Made by a program: the position numbers and the translations under genes. From positions 1-33,451 of the forward strand of contig OLMU01000258.1 of assembly GCA_900291995.1 (NCBI GenBank): DNA of 33,451 nucleotides, given 5' to 3'. The first letter of the stretch is position 1. Each line of letters begins with the position of its first letter. Below, piece after piece: positions 20,247 to 32,300 of the stretch. Source of the stretch: Licmophora abbreviata (taxonomy: Eukaryota). The notes below the pieces were generated by a model. The model saw only the letters and a list, made by a program, of their open reading frames with translations. It was not told the DNA's origin and did not search any database.

Positions 20247-21969
20247 ATGTCTTCCGTTGTCATATCCCGAGTGTTATTCTCGCTGGGAGTGACAGTGACA
20301 GCCTGTCTGTATCACTATTTCGGGAGCTTGACGACGCATCAGCACTTGCGAGATCCAAACTTGGAAGCACTGCAGGTCGAGCAAGAAGGTCGCCCATATT
20401 TGCCTCCCGACAATCCTTCGCAGGACAAGGAAGTGCTTCTTGACGCACTATATACCCCTGAAGCCAATAGAGATCGAATCGTCGACCTGCCCGGGCTGAA
20501 CTACGAGCCTGGATTCAATCAATTCGCGGGGTACCTCACAGTCGACGAAGATCACGGGCGGCACCTCTTTTACTGGTATGTCGAGAGTCAAAGCAATCCA
20601 GTGAACGACCCTGTAGTCTTTTGGACGAATGGTGGACCCGGGTGCTCAGGGCTGTTCGGACTTGGCGTAGAGCACGGCCCATTCTTTGTCGATCATGTAG
20701 GCGAGTTGACTGCGAATCCATTCTCTTGGAACAAGGTCGCATCCATTTTGTACGTCGAGCAGCCTGCTGGGGTGGGATTTTCTTTTTCAGAAACGAAGAG
20801 TGACTATCACACTGGGGATTCGAAGGCGACTTCGGATAATTTCAAGCTGATACGAGAGTTCTACCGACGATACCCTGAGCGCCAACAGAACGACTTCTAC
20901 GTCGCCAGCGAATCGTATGGGGGACATTACATGCCGCAATGTGAGTGACCAGCAATTTGTTTCGCAACAATTTGAATCTTCTAACCTCGTGCTTCTCTGG
21001 TGTACATTTCAAGTGACAATGGAAATTTTGAAGCACAACCATAAGGACCGCATAATCCCCAACTTTGCAGGAATGATTCTCGGGAACCCGTACGTAGACC
21101 TATTCACCAACACAGTGACGCAGTTCGCATCCATGTACGCTCGTGGACTCTTGGCCAAGCCACTATATGATCAATGGAAAAATGTATGCATACATCGGAA
21201 GCAGTACCAATCACCGGTGCGTGGAAAGATCGACTGGAGGGGACGTAGTGTCTCGCTTATCGCGCTCATAGTGCTCACTGCTCTCTTGGCTGGACGCACA
21301 TCAGGAGTGCGCAGAGCTCGGTCAGGAGATGCTACAACAATTAGGAAAAGGAATCAATCCGTACGGACTGGATTTTCCTGTCTGCAACGACGAGGGCCAC
21401 CATCGAGGAAGGGGCAAGATATCATTGGCTCAGTCGATACAAATATTGAACCGTACGACAGGCGGGCCTCCTTTTCTTCCGGCTGAGGACGACTACAAGC
21501 CGTGCTCTGAGGTTCGCTTTACGAACTACCTGAGTCGGGGGGAAGTTCGAGAGGCCCTCCATGTAAATACCACGTCGAAATGGAAGCCTTGCTCATCCAA
21601 GATCCATTATTCGTACAAAGATTATGGAACGACACAGGTTGACCTGTTTCGCGAATTAATACACATGGGAAGAAAGGCAAAACACAATCTGAGGATTCTC
21701 ATCTACTCAGGAGATGACGATTCCGTCTGTTCGACAGCGGGAACGCAAGAGTGGATCTACGACTTGGGCGCGCCCCCGAAGAAGCACTCTTGGAAATCGT
21801 GGCATGTCGAAGGACAAACTGCCGGATTTCTTACGCACTTCGACATGGGGAAGCGATCCGATGCGAGCTTTATTTTGCCACCGTCCACGGTGCAGGACAT
21901 GAAGTTCCTAGCTTTCGACCAATGGAGGCGTTTGAACTGTTCAGCTACTACCTACGCAAGGAACTGTAG
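20247..21969 (+). CDS. Serine carboxypeptidase (peptidase S10); exons 20247-20940, 21014-21216 and 21305-21969, with an apparent 1-nt frameshift at ~21873-21876
   Basis: WTNGGPGCSG, EQPAGVGFS, ASESYGGHY (catalytic Ser), YSGDDDSVC (Asp), and ATVHGAGHEVP (His, in the shifted frame). GT-AG introns at 20941-21013 and 21217-21304 keep the frame. Hydrophobic N-terminal signal or anchor. Confidence 0.9.
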
Positions 21970-22289
21970 AAATCATATTTTTTCGGTTGTCGATGTACCT
22001 CGACTTCTGCCTGGCTATACTCTAGGTTTATCTATGTAGCTCATGCATGTCACGAATTTTTTCAGCAGACAGCAAACTCTCACCTCATCTTAAAAGGAAA
22101 AAAAAGAATTGATGGATAGCTATAGTGTCTATCTTCCCAGGGACCTGGTAGAAAAACAAAAGTGTCACGCAACTTTCAAGAGCTCCCCAGTCTTGGATGG
22201 AGAATATAGCATTATCATGCCCAAAAACTAATACACAGTATTTAGGAGGACACAACGTACATAGGGAAAGGCAAAAGACCAGTCACGCG

Positions 22290-22303
22290 TAGTGACGTCA
22301 CTA
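22290..22303. promoter_or_regulatory. Perfect 14-bp palindrome TAGTGACGTCACTA containing a full CRE (TGACGTCA)
   Basis: Read directly; about 170 nt upstream of ATG 22475. Confidence 0.45.
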
Positions 22304-22474
22304 TGAGACGGCTGTCACCAGATCCGGCCGAACGCGAACCCTTGGCGTCTTTCAACAACAAAACACGGCGTCGAGTCCTTCGCGTCGCGTTGCAAAGGAC
22401 ACGACTTTGCCCATAATGCAGAATTCTTTTGGATATCAATCAAACGTTGTTGCTTCCATCAGCCCATCTCTTAC

Positions 22475-23870
22475 ATGTCGGACGACAATTGGGAATACCT
22501 GCCCGTGCTGAACTCATGCATTAAAATTTTGTTCACAATCAGTCTCGGGACTGTGTTAGGAAAGTGGGGCGTCTTCGACAAATACTTTGTAGCTCACGCA
22601 ACGAAGTTCGTATTTCATGTCGCCCTTCCTTGTCTTGTTGTGAAAGGTATTGGTGTAGGCATTGACTTCTACGCCGATTCCAATATTTGGAGGTTCATTG
22701 CTGCTTTCTTGACCCTTCGACTAGTCACGCTCGTGGCCGCCTTCGGGTCGATGTTCCTCCATCTTGATAGGACGTGTGTGGACATTGGTGATATTGCGGT
22801 ACGTTGGCTGTGTCTTTCGTGGATCTCGACGGTCATTCTAGGTATTCCTATCTTGACAGCAGTCTTGAACGATCCAGGGAAAGGGAACAGGTATGGGATC
22901 CTCGCGGCCGTCAGCAGTTTCATCTTTCAACTTCCCCTTCAGGTACGCCGTCGACGATGCCGTTACAAATCTTGTCCTGATGTCAGAGTTTGCATTTTCT
23001 AAAAACAACCTTACTGCTACGCAAGTATAGCTTCTCTTTCTTGAGTGTTACGCTGTCGAGAAGCAGAGTTCGAGCACCGAACCTCATGTCGACGACAAGC
23101 GTGACGAAAGTGGGTCTCTTACGCACGCTCCAAACACGTCAGAAGCCGTCGAACGACAAGGCGTAGATATTACTGTCGCGGCCGAGGAAGGTGACATAAT
23201 GTCCGAAGCTCTACAAGCAAACCTTGAAAGCAATGTCGCCGCGAAGCACGTACCACAGAATCGCTGGGCACTGTTCCTCAGTCTTTCCATTAGCAAACAC
23301 ATGTGGAAAAAGATTGGTCTGCGATTGCTTCACAATCCGGTTCTTTGGGGGATAATATTTGGTTTTCTCATTTCGCTTTCGACTTTCGGGGTCACCTTCC
23401 TTCGGCCGGTCATGGAAAGCGGTGAGGCCAACGAAGATTATGTGGAAGGGCTTCAGTGGCTAGTCGATTCTCTTGAATGGTTAGGCGCTACTGTTTCGCC
23501 ATTGTCATTATTTGCGATGGGTTTATGGATGCAGAAACAGGGCCGTCGACTCTTTAACATCGGCATGATTCAGGTATCCCTCTTCATGCTATCCAAGTTG
23601 TTCTTTGTCCCTCTTCTTATGGTCGGGCTGGCGTATGCTTTTGATCTGAACGAGTCGGACGACGAACCAGCAAGGGCTGCTGTGCTCATCGCGGTACTCC
23701 CGATTTCAATGGCATCATTCTCGCTTGGCAAAACGTATAACGCTGGCGAGGATGTTCTTTCTGCCAACGTCGTTGTAGGGACATTATTAATGCTCCCGTC
23801 TCTTCTCATCTGGAATATGTCGATGGATAAACTAGGCCTCTTTGATAATTTTGCTGTCAAAGGGAATTGA
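22475..23870 (+). CDS. AEC / PIN-like (membrane transport protein family) transporter; exons 22475-22942 and 23031-23870
   Basis: Motifs KFVFHVALPCLV, STVILGIPIL, LLHNPVLWGI, SPLSLFAMGL, KLFFVPLLM and AVLPISMASF. Two TM bundles separated by a hydrophilic loop. Phase-0 GT-AG intron at 22943-23030. Confidence 0.85.
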
Positions 23871-23995
23871 ATCTCCCAATTCTTCGATGTACAGTACAAG
23901 CACAAGGAGGCATCCATCGTGGCGTGCTAACAATTGTATTCTAGGCACTTATAGTTACCAGAAAGAAGTATACAATGGGTGTCTCCCTAGAGTGT

Positions 23996-26900
23996 TTACG
24001 TTCTCCACCTGGGATTCTTTGGTGTGTAGAGGCTAATGACCATCTCTTGGTCAGCGGCAGCGAGAACAGGCTTGAACGGATGGAAAGCCAAACCTGTTAC
24101 TGGCCCGATCCGATGGCCAAGGTCCGTTATTGTTTGAAGAGTGTCCCCGTCATGGGAAACAACCTTGATAAACTGAGCGGATGATCCAGTTGCAAGAATG
24201 GGGAGCTTGCGGTGAACGGTGAGCATCGTGAGTGCACTCCTTTGAACATTGTATGTTCTCAAGCTCGCCGATACACGCATATCCCAGACCTTAATTACGC
24301 CGTCAATACTTCCGGATACAATCTGTGATGCCGACACGAAGAGGTTGAGTGACATGTCGTAAGGATGGTCGTAAACATGGAATTTAGCATAGGAATAACT
24401 GGCGTACCTCATTCCGTCCACCGTATGTGGTGTAAGACGCGTCAACGATCCAATTCCGGTGTTCGTCGTACTGCATCCTTCTACGCTGGGGCAATCGTGC
24501 GGTGCCAAGTGTGGCCGCAGTGACGTTGGCACGTAAGTCAAAAAGCTTGACTATCCCATCACTTTGACCTGTAACAATAATGTCAGGGCTGTTCACGTGG
24601 GAGAAGCTGTCAGTGTTGCCTTCCGTATCGGTGTCCCATGCTGTGTCCAGCGATGTTACGCAAGCCGTACTTCCTGTTTTTAGCACAGTTGTTGGCTTGT
24701 CCACTGCTAGATCCCAACACCAGATTGCGTCGCTGTTGCCACCAGCAATCAGCCGTCCACTATATTGCTGCCATTCCAGTATAAGCCCACTGAGTCGGTC
24801 ATTTACAAGCATGTCTGGCACCGCGACGAACGATGTAGACAACGAGGGCGTGGATGTAGCAACTCGTCCGTCTCTTTCAAGGAACCCATCCCAGATTCTC
24901 ACCGATCCATCCTCACTGCCGATCATAAAGAGGCTGTTCGACGTCTCGTTGATCCAGCTACCGGAAGTCATCCGTGTTCCTTTTGGATTACCGTTGTGAA
25001 AAAAGAGGTGACTCGACATATTATGGTAGTCCCAAAGCGATACCCCACCTTCCACGTCGCAAGAAACGAGAGCATTCTCGTATGCGTGGAATCTCAATAG
25101 TGTTGAAATAGACGAATCACTCTCACGAAGCAGCCCTGTTTGTTTGAATTCAAGCTCTCTCTTCTTTTCTGTCATGTCTTCGTTTGCCTGACGTTTTGTC
25201 TCTTCGTCCTCTGGTTCAATAAAGTCGAGTCGGTGACGTTTCAGTCTTGGAGGTTCAGGAGCCAGACTTGCGTAGTGATTGGAGATTCGTTTGCTGTATT
25301 CGTGGGCTTTCCTATTACGTTGCTCTCTGTATGACTCCGCGGCGCCATTGGGGCTCAAAGGGTCCATTCCTTTGGGGTCAACATGCTCGGTAGAACAAGT
25401 TTCTGCAAATGAGGACTTCTTCCAGGCGTAAAACTGTGACTTCGGAAAATCGTAGTCCATTTTCGATCGCAACGTGTCCGACAGAATAGACATTACATCG
25501 CGGCTTCTATGATCTCGATCACTGTCTGGCAATCGATAGTCCGTAGCGCCTCCGGTCGTAACCTGGTAATCGGAGGATATGCGTCTCAGAGGAGCCTGCT
25601 CATCCGGTGATTGAGGTGCAAGGCCAGAAAATCCCGCGACTAACCGTGGCGAGACGTCGAGATCTTCGACTGTAGTACCTTCATCGAGACGACCTATCTG
25701 CGCATCGCTAAGAATTCTTCTGAATGCATCAGATTTGTCTTTCGTGTTGGTCTTGGTGATTTCCATTTTAATATTCAAAATATGCTCGTGAACGACGCTC
25801 ACAATGGCGTTCGCCGCTAGTGAGACAGCCGGGTGCGGGTCATGGTGTTGAGAAGCGCGAATAGCTTGCCAAATATCAACAAATTTAGACAAATCTTCCG
25901 CTTGCACCGCTGAAGGGAGCGGGATTCTTCCTTTTCGCACGTCCATATCAGATGTTGCATCTGCGCTCGTGTTCTCCGGTAGCGACGGGTCTCCTACAAT
26001 TGCTGAGTCATCCGCAACGGCCAAGAACACAGCTAGGTATTTTTCGATAATGCACGACAGCGATGTGGTGCATTCGTAGCGAACCACAGGCGTTGCGTCC
26101 TTGATTGTCTTCAGCAGAACTTCCGCTACCTCCAAATCCAACTTCAGCCTTTCTGCATCTTGGAAAACAGAGAGCACCAGAGGAATATTGTCGAAAGGCA
26201 ACCCTCCGAAATGCATACCCGAGCCAAGATTCGCGGCTGTACCTGGTAGATTCAACCTGCTGGTCATACCTGCCGACTGGACTTGCACACCTGTTCCAAT
26301 TGGTATATGCTGTGGCCGCCACTGCAAGCTGCTCGGTCCCGGTGCGTGACCAGACATGAAAGTCGGCTGAAACTGCCTGGGAATGCCACCTGACGCAACA
26401 GGTGTCACAGGTCTCCCTTGTCCCTGGTGATGTGGCAACCCAACGAGTCGAGTTGGGATGAGTGCAGTAGGCAAGACAGCTCCGCCACTCGCGACAACCG
26501 ACACTGCGACCGGCGACGCGGTTGCCTGCTGACCTGCTCTTGGATCTCGGCTCATATCCATGGACCCTGTCAGACATCCTAAAGCATAGCATGCCGCTGC
26601 TCGCACATCGTGGGAATCATCGTCCGTGCGCGCAAACAACCGACGATGCACCCCGACGCCGTAAGCCTCGCCTTGAACAACCGTGTTCGCCTTGACCAGG
26701 TTTCCAAGACAGATACAAAGCCACATTCGAAATCGGGGAGGGATCCGCTGCTCTGAGATGGACTTCTTCGCATCGTATCCTGGTTCAAGCTCCGATCCTT
26801 CGTTGAATTCAATTGACGATAGCAGGCTGCAACATGTGCCATGAAGATTATATCGGATACATTCGTTTTGGCCATGTGAGTATCCCAAGCACGTCGCAGC

Positions 26901-28970
26901 CAAAATGAAAGCTGCCATACTGCGTTGATGGCCGCCTTCCTCCATAGTCGTCGTCGACATTGCATTTCCTACACCAGTGGTATTTAGACCCCAAGTCAGG
27001 TGATTGACAAAGTGCGAAAGGACGTTGTCCCGAACCAAGTCGTCCTGGATGCTGGGGTCGAAATTCAGAATGCTTGTCCATATTCCTACCAGATCTCGTT
27101 TATACTCTGTGCTCTGAAGAAGCTTCAGAACGTAAGGAAGTGTGCCCAGACACAGCGCAACATTTACTGCCCAGGGTCCCAACGCAAGGAAGCGTCTGAG
27201 CAGATTTAAGGCCCGAACACGATGGGCGGGCGACAGCAGGGCCTGAAGGAGAATAGGAAGCTGCTCAGGGGCGTCATGCGAATCTTCACTATAAACATCC
27301 GATGGGGAGATCTCGTTGATTGCTGCAAATTTAAGCCATACTTCGAAGGCAATCAGCTGCTCTGAGAAAAACGGAGACGATAGATTTGAGGCTGGTCCGG
27401 TCGGAGGACTGGCAGCGTTGGAAGCGGGAGCGACAGAACCATCTAATGCCTCCTCTTTCCGATCGCTATCGGGGGGCATTTGTCCGACTGGAGACAACTG
27501 ATGATTTCCGATCAAACCGTCTCGCACCAAATCACTCAGGCAGGTTTCGCAGGCGAGGTCCCAGGCTTCCCAAAGGGGATGTACATGCGTACCGGATGGC
27601 AAAGCCGGGAAACTCTGCGGTGTACAGCCTAGAGTGCGCATGATTCGATCCGCAAGCAAGAAATTTCTGAAGATACCAGCAAGCATATGATCTTGTCGAA
27701 ACAAGCGCTGGAAAAGTGACTTCGGAAGCACATTCCAAGCAATGCAGTCAGTCACTGCCGCAAAGATCCAGTTGAGCTCCCCGAGTGGAGTCTTGCGGTC
27801 TCCCCGAGTCCCAGGAATGTAATCGACAACATCCGGTGAGAGTGTGCCCATACTATGAGGGTTTCTTCTAATAAAATAGCGCAATGCAATCTTGAGAGGC
27901 GTCGTCAGGCAGGAAGTGAATATGTCAGCAGGATACTCTGGGTGCATTGGGAGCAAATCGCCTTCAGAGGACGCACACAAGACAATCGTATCTCGAATGA
28001 TCTGTTCAGATGAGGCTTCCATATCAGGGCCAGAAAATGGGGATGTTGAACGTGACGGCGTCGTCGAATGAGGTGGTGTGGACACAGGCGTCCCGCCGTT
28101 GTTGCTGTCTTCCAAAGGTGCCGTCAAGAAGGGAATGAGGATACCAGCGCTACTGCAGTCCAACACCATTATGCTCGGTTTCCCGACCCACTGCCGGAGA
28201 TCCGTTGCACAAAGAGGAATGTATTGCGTGTGACCCGTATCGAATACCCATATCTCGCCACTGGGTGTCGGTCGAGGCACGCCATGCCCGTTGTAATGCA
28301 GCAAGACTCGCTCGTGTCGTGCCTGACGGCGAAGCATAGAGCACATGGTTCGCACATCATCGACTGTCGGATCAGGCGCATGTTTATATTTCACTTTCAC
28401 TGATTGAGGCGCTCGCTGCGGCTGCCACTGGGAGTACTGTGCTTGGAGCCTTTCCCCTATTGCATCCTTGGCCGTGGAACGACTCGTCGAGGTTGGATCC
28501 ATCCAACATTGCAAGCGTGCGCAAGGGTGAGGTTTGGTCACATCAGGTGGATCTGTCCCAACATTGAGGGACATGATCATGCCTACTCCAGTTGTCCGAA
28601 GGCGAGCCCGGAGTCTCCAAGTTGGCTTTACCGCGGCAGCCTCGTCCCTTGGAGGGTCGATTGTCGGGGGTTCTTGTTTGGGTGGTTCGATCGACCGTTG
28701 CGGAGTCGGCGATGCTCTGAGGATGCCCAAGGAACTCACGCGCTGTAACACTGAAGATGTCCCTGCTGCTGCATCAGCTTCTCCAGATGCGTTAGATGAG
28801 CCCAACGCCGCATTCTTGCTTCTGCCAATTGACCCTGGAGCCGTATCGCGTCCAGCAATAGATCTATGCAGAAGATACGGCGCAATTTCTCGCCGATCGA
28901 AATACTCTTTCCTTTTCCTCTTTTCATCACTTGGCCCGATTTTACCAAAGGACAAGTCCTGGGATGTCAT
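23996..28970 (-). CDS. RPTOR: Regulatory-associated protein of TOR (Raptor/KOG1); exons 28970-24408 and 24322-23996
   Basis: RNC domain (LNVGTDPPDV, LLHYNGHGVPRPT, ADIFTSCLTTP, LGELNWIF, FRNFLLA), HEAT/ARM region (GPWAVN, DVRAAACYALG) and C-terminal WD40 repeats. Phase-0 GT-AG intron at 24407-24323 (85 nt). Confidence 0.95.
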
Positions 28971-29145
28971 GGTTAAAACGAGTGAACGAGAAAGAGAAGA
29001 GTTAGGAAGACAAGATCCTCGAAGGTCGTGCTTTTCTGAGTACTTTCAACTTTCGTCGCAAGTCACGACGTCTCATCACGTCGCTATACAAAAAGTTGAA
29101 GAAGTATGATACCGCGGAGCGAGCAGGTTTCCCGCCATCGTCAAG

Positions 29146-29155
29146 CTGACGTCAG
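29146..29155. promoter_or_regulatory. 10-bp palindrome CTGACGTCAG (full CRE) upstream of Raptor
   Basis: Read directly; about 176 nt upstream of ATG 28970 on the minus strand. Confidence 0.4.
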
Positions 29156-29362
29156 GTGACGAAAGAGCGCAAGGTCCATTGTCAACCTTTAAAATAGAGC
29201 TCGAACGTTATCGAACATTCCGGCCTCGATCCTCGATTGTGCAATAGCAACAAAGTTCACTGTGGAAGTACCATAGTTAGACTGGTCATCAATCAAAAGT
29301 GAGTCTTAACACTACCCTACGATAGATTTCCCTGATGTGGTTCTGGTGGGTACCCACGCGCG

Positions 29363-32300
29363 CTAATGAATCCGCGATCCGCTCCATGGCTGCTGGCAAA
29401 CTACACACTGACTCTTGCCGCTGCTGTGGAACCACTTGTGGAGACACGAAGAATGAAACACATTGCTGCATGTCTTGCATTCCAAGTTAGGCAGTTCGTG
29501 TGTCTTGACTGACAAAACGGAGTAACAAATCACACAGGGTTCAACGCCCGCGAATTCTTGATCCACGTTCTGTTTCCAGAGCATCAAGGCATCAAGCAAA
29601 CTACCATCTTGATTGTTGAGCATCAGACGAATCTGTAGCGCCCAGCGCTTCAAGCGCTTGTCGGCTACACCGAGTGTCCTAGAACTATCGACCTCAACAT
29701 TTCGGAGAGGAAAGGAGGGCGGGATGGAAATCGTGACACTCAACTTGCACTGTGGGATACGCGACAAACGCAACATGGTTAGTAGGTAAGATAGCAAATG
29801 ATTGTATCAAATGTTGGGCCACTTGCCTCATCCTGCATATACGTTGCCGTCACTTCACGGGTCATTGCGCTGCCGCTGACAGTCATCTCGCCGAGATTTG
29901 CGGACATGATGCGGTTGAGGTCTCGACTCAGGATTGCAGGCGCCACGTTCGTTTCAACAAAGTGGAGTACTGCGGAGGACATAGCCCTGGTACAGTTGTG
30001 CTCCCACCAACGTTTCAAAAGCGAGGGAAATACTTCCGCCGTTCGAAAAAGCACTAGTGCGGGTAACATTGTCAGGTTCATTGATGCCTTGTCTTCGCGT
30101 ATTTTGTCAACCGTTGATAGATCCATCCGAGCTGCCTTGCGATCAGTACCAAAGTCGATGTGGCTCAGCGTCAAGTCCAGAGTGGTAGCAGCAGCTTGGC
30201 ACTTGTCGACGTAGACGCTGAAGGATCCCCGGTTTAGAGCATCGGCGTTAGCCGAAGATTCAACGAAAGAAAGCAATGATAGCCACGAAAGCATTCGACC
30301 AATAGAGTCATGCTCGTCAACAATGGGGCTCTCGTTGTCGGCCCATTGCTCCAGCTCTTCCATGAGGGATTGCGGAATCCATTGGCTTACCACGAATATG
30401 TCGCTTGCCAGTTCTTCTTTCTCCTCTTCTTCCAGATCGTGCCCCCACGACTTCTGTCGTTCCAGCGTTGACTCACTGATTTCACATTCATCTTCCATGT
30501 AGACAGGTTTGCCGGTACAAGCTGCCGCATCAAGCATCCGAAAGGCAAACCATCGCTTGTTCCGATCGAACAAAAGTCGCGCTAACTCCTCGGAGCTAGA
30601 ACTCGCCGCTGCGCCAATTCTATCTTTCTTGTGGACCAGAGCTATGCAAAGAAAGTCGTCGAACGCGGCCGCCCAAAGCGGTTCTTGTTCGTGTGTGTAA
30701 GGCATACACGTTAAAAGAGCCGGTTGCGCTGCTGACGACCAGGAGCACGCGAACTCTCTCACCAAGGCCAGGAAGACATTTCCTTCCAACAAGGCGACAT
30801 CAGCTTCATTGCCACCCGTGAAATCCACGAGTAGAACCGATTGCACCGCTCGCATTGCCAAGAGTGCATTCGTCGTCGACGTATGCACGTTGTTTTCAAC
30901 AGAGGCCGAGCCCCCGGTACAAAGCAAGCGAGTCGCCAGTTTGAAAGTAAGCCAGTTGCTCCGAGCTCGCAGATCGTTGTCTTTAAGGTGACTCAACGCG
31001 ACTGAAAGCCACTGCAGAATGGATCTATCAAGCCCACTCACAGAAATGTCTTGGTGGTGTCTCTCTTCAAAATAATCGAATATTGCGGCGGTCATACGTT
31101 CGGCACTGAAGCCGAGCAGATTGAAATTCAAGGTAGAAACGGGGGAAACATGCCCGTAGCCCATAGCCAACGAGAGCGCTCGTAGCGACAAAACCAATTC
31201 GTCAGATACATCATCTGACCCCAAGGCGTCGAGAACCTTTGTCTCCAAGGATTTCAGCCATCGAAAAATATCGTACTGTATACTGCCAATGCCAGCCTTT
31301 TCGTACAAGCCAGATTGAGAGACGACCATGTTAATGACCTCTGCAGTCGTCGCCAAGTTTCCACCTGCCTCCAAAGGCAGATCCAAATGAGATTTTAGAA
31401 GCTGGTTTGTCATCAGTGTGCTTATAAGCTGCCTCTGGCCTTTCTCGGTGGAGTCTTGTAACTCGTCGCTTGACTGCGACAATCGTAGCCTCGAAGGGAC
31501 GGTCTGTCGTTCTGGATGTTCGCCACCCGAGTCTAGCAGCACAGTGAAGTACAACCTCGGGAAGTCGTCAGTGTGAACTTTGGCAACAACAGCCAGCTCG
31601 CGGTCGTTTTCGTCCGCAGGGTCAGTCACATACCACACCATCTGCCCTTCGTAAATATCTTCCGCGTGGGGAAGTTCCCTTTTGGCAGCCACCCTGTCGA
31701 ACAGGACACCTAAGATCTCTGATTGCACTGACATGCAACCGTCGATACCAGTGCCTACACGCATACTGTCTTTCAAAGCCATAACGGTCGCTCGACACCA
31801 CCCTTCAAGTACACCACTTTCTCTGAGACGAACACGATCGAACAACGCAAGGATGTGCCTCACTCTTCGGTCCTGCCTACGGAGGGGGTCTATCACACTT
31901 GATTCGCTCACGTCGGACATCGCGACGAACATCTTGACTACCAGACTGGATGGTAATTCGCTAAACAGCTCGACCCGCTTTGTCTCAATGTCCGTCTGTT
32001 CGAGAAGATAAGACAGGCATAGGTACCGGAATTCAACAGCAAAACCAGCCCCGGTTGACACAGCTTGTTCCCATTGAGTAAGGTCAGCAAGACCAACGCT
32101 TTCGAGGAACGGGCACTCGGAGGTTGCTCCCTCGTTCAGCCTATGTTGCAAATCGAGGATCCGGGATGCTCGCTCTGACCAGACGTGGCAAGACAGAACA
32201 GTCTCGATCCGATCTTGAGACAAGGAGAAGGCCTCCAACATACCACGAAGCTCTTTTGTTGCATGGAGCACGAGCATCTGACTAATAAGCGGCAACCTTG

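Noticed and set aside
19994..20263. N-terminal extension of the DPH2 ORF overlapping the carboxypeptidase start
   Set aside because: It shows no family resemblance and would span the divergent promoter. A downstream ATG is more plausible.
2021..21969. Programmed ribosomal frameshifting at the two frameshift sites
   Set aside because: Neither site has a canonical slippery heptamer or an evident stimulatory structure. Both fit homopolymer deletions.
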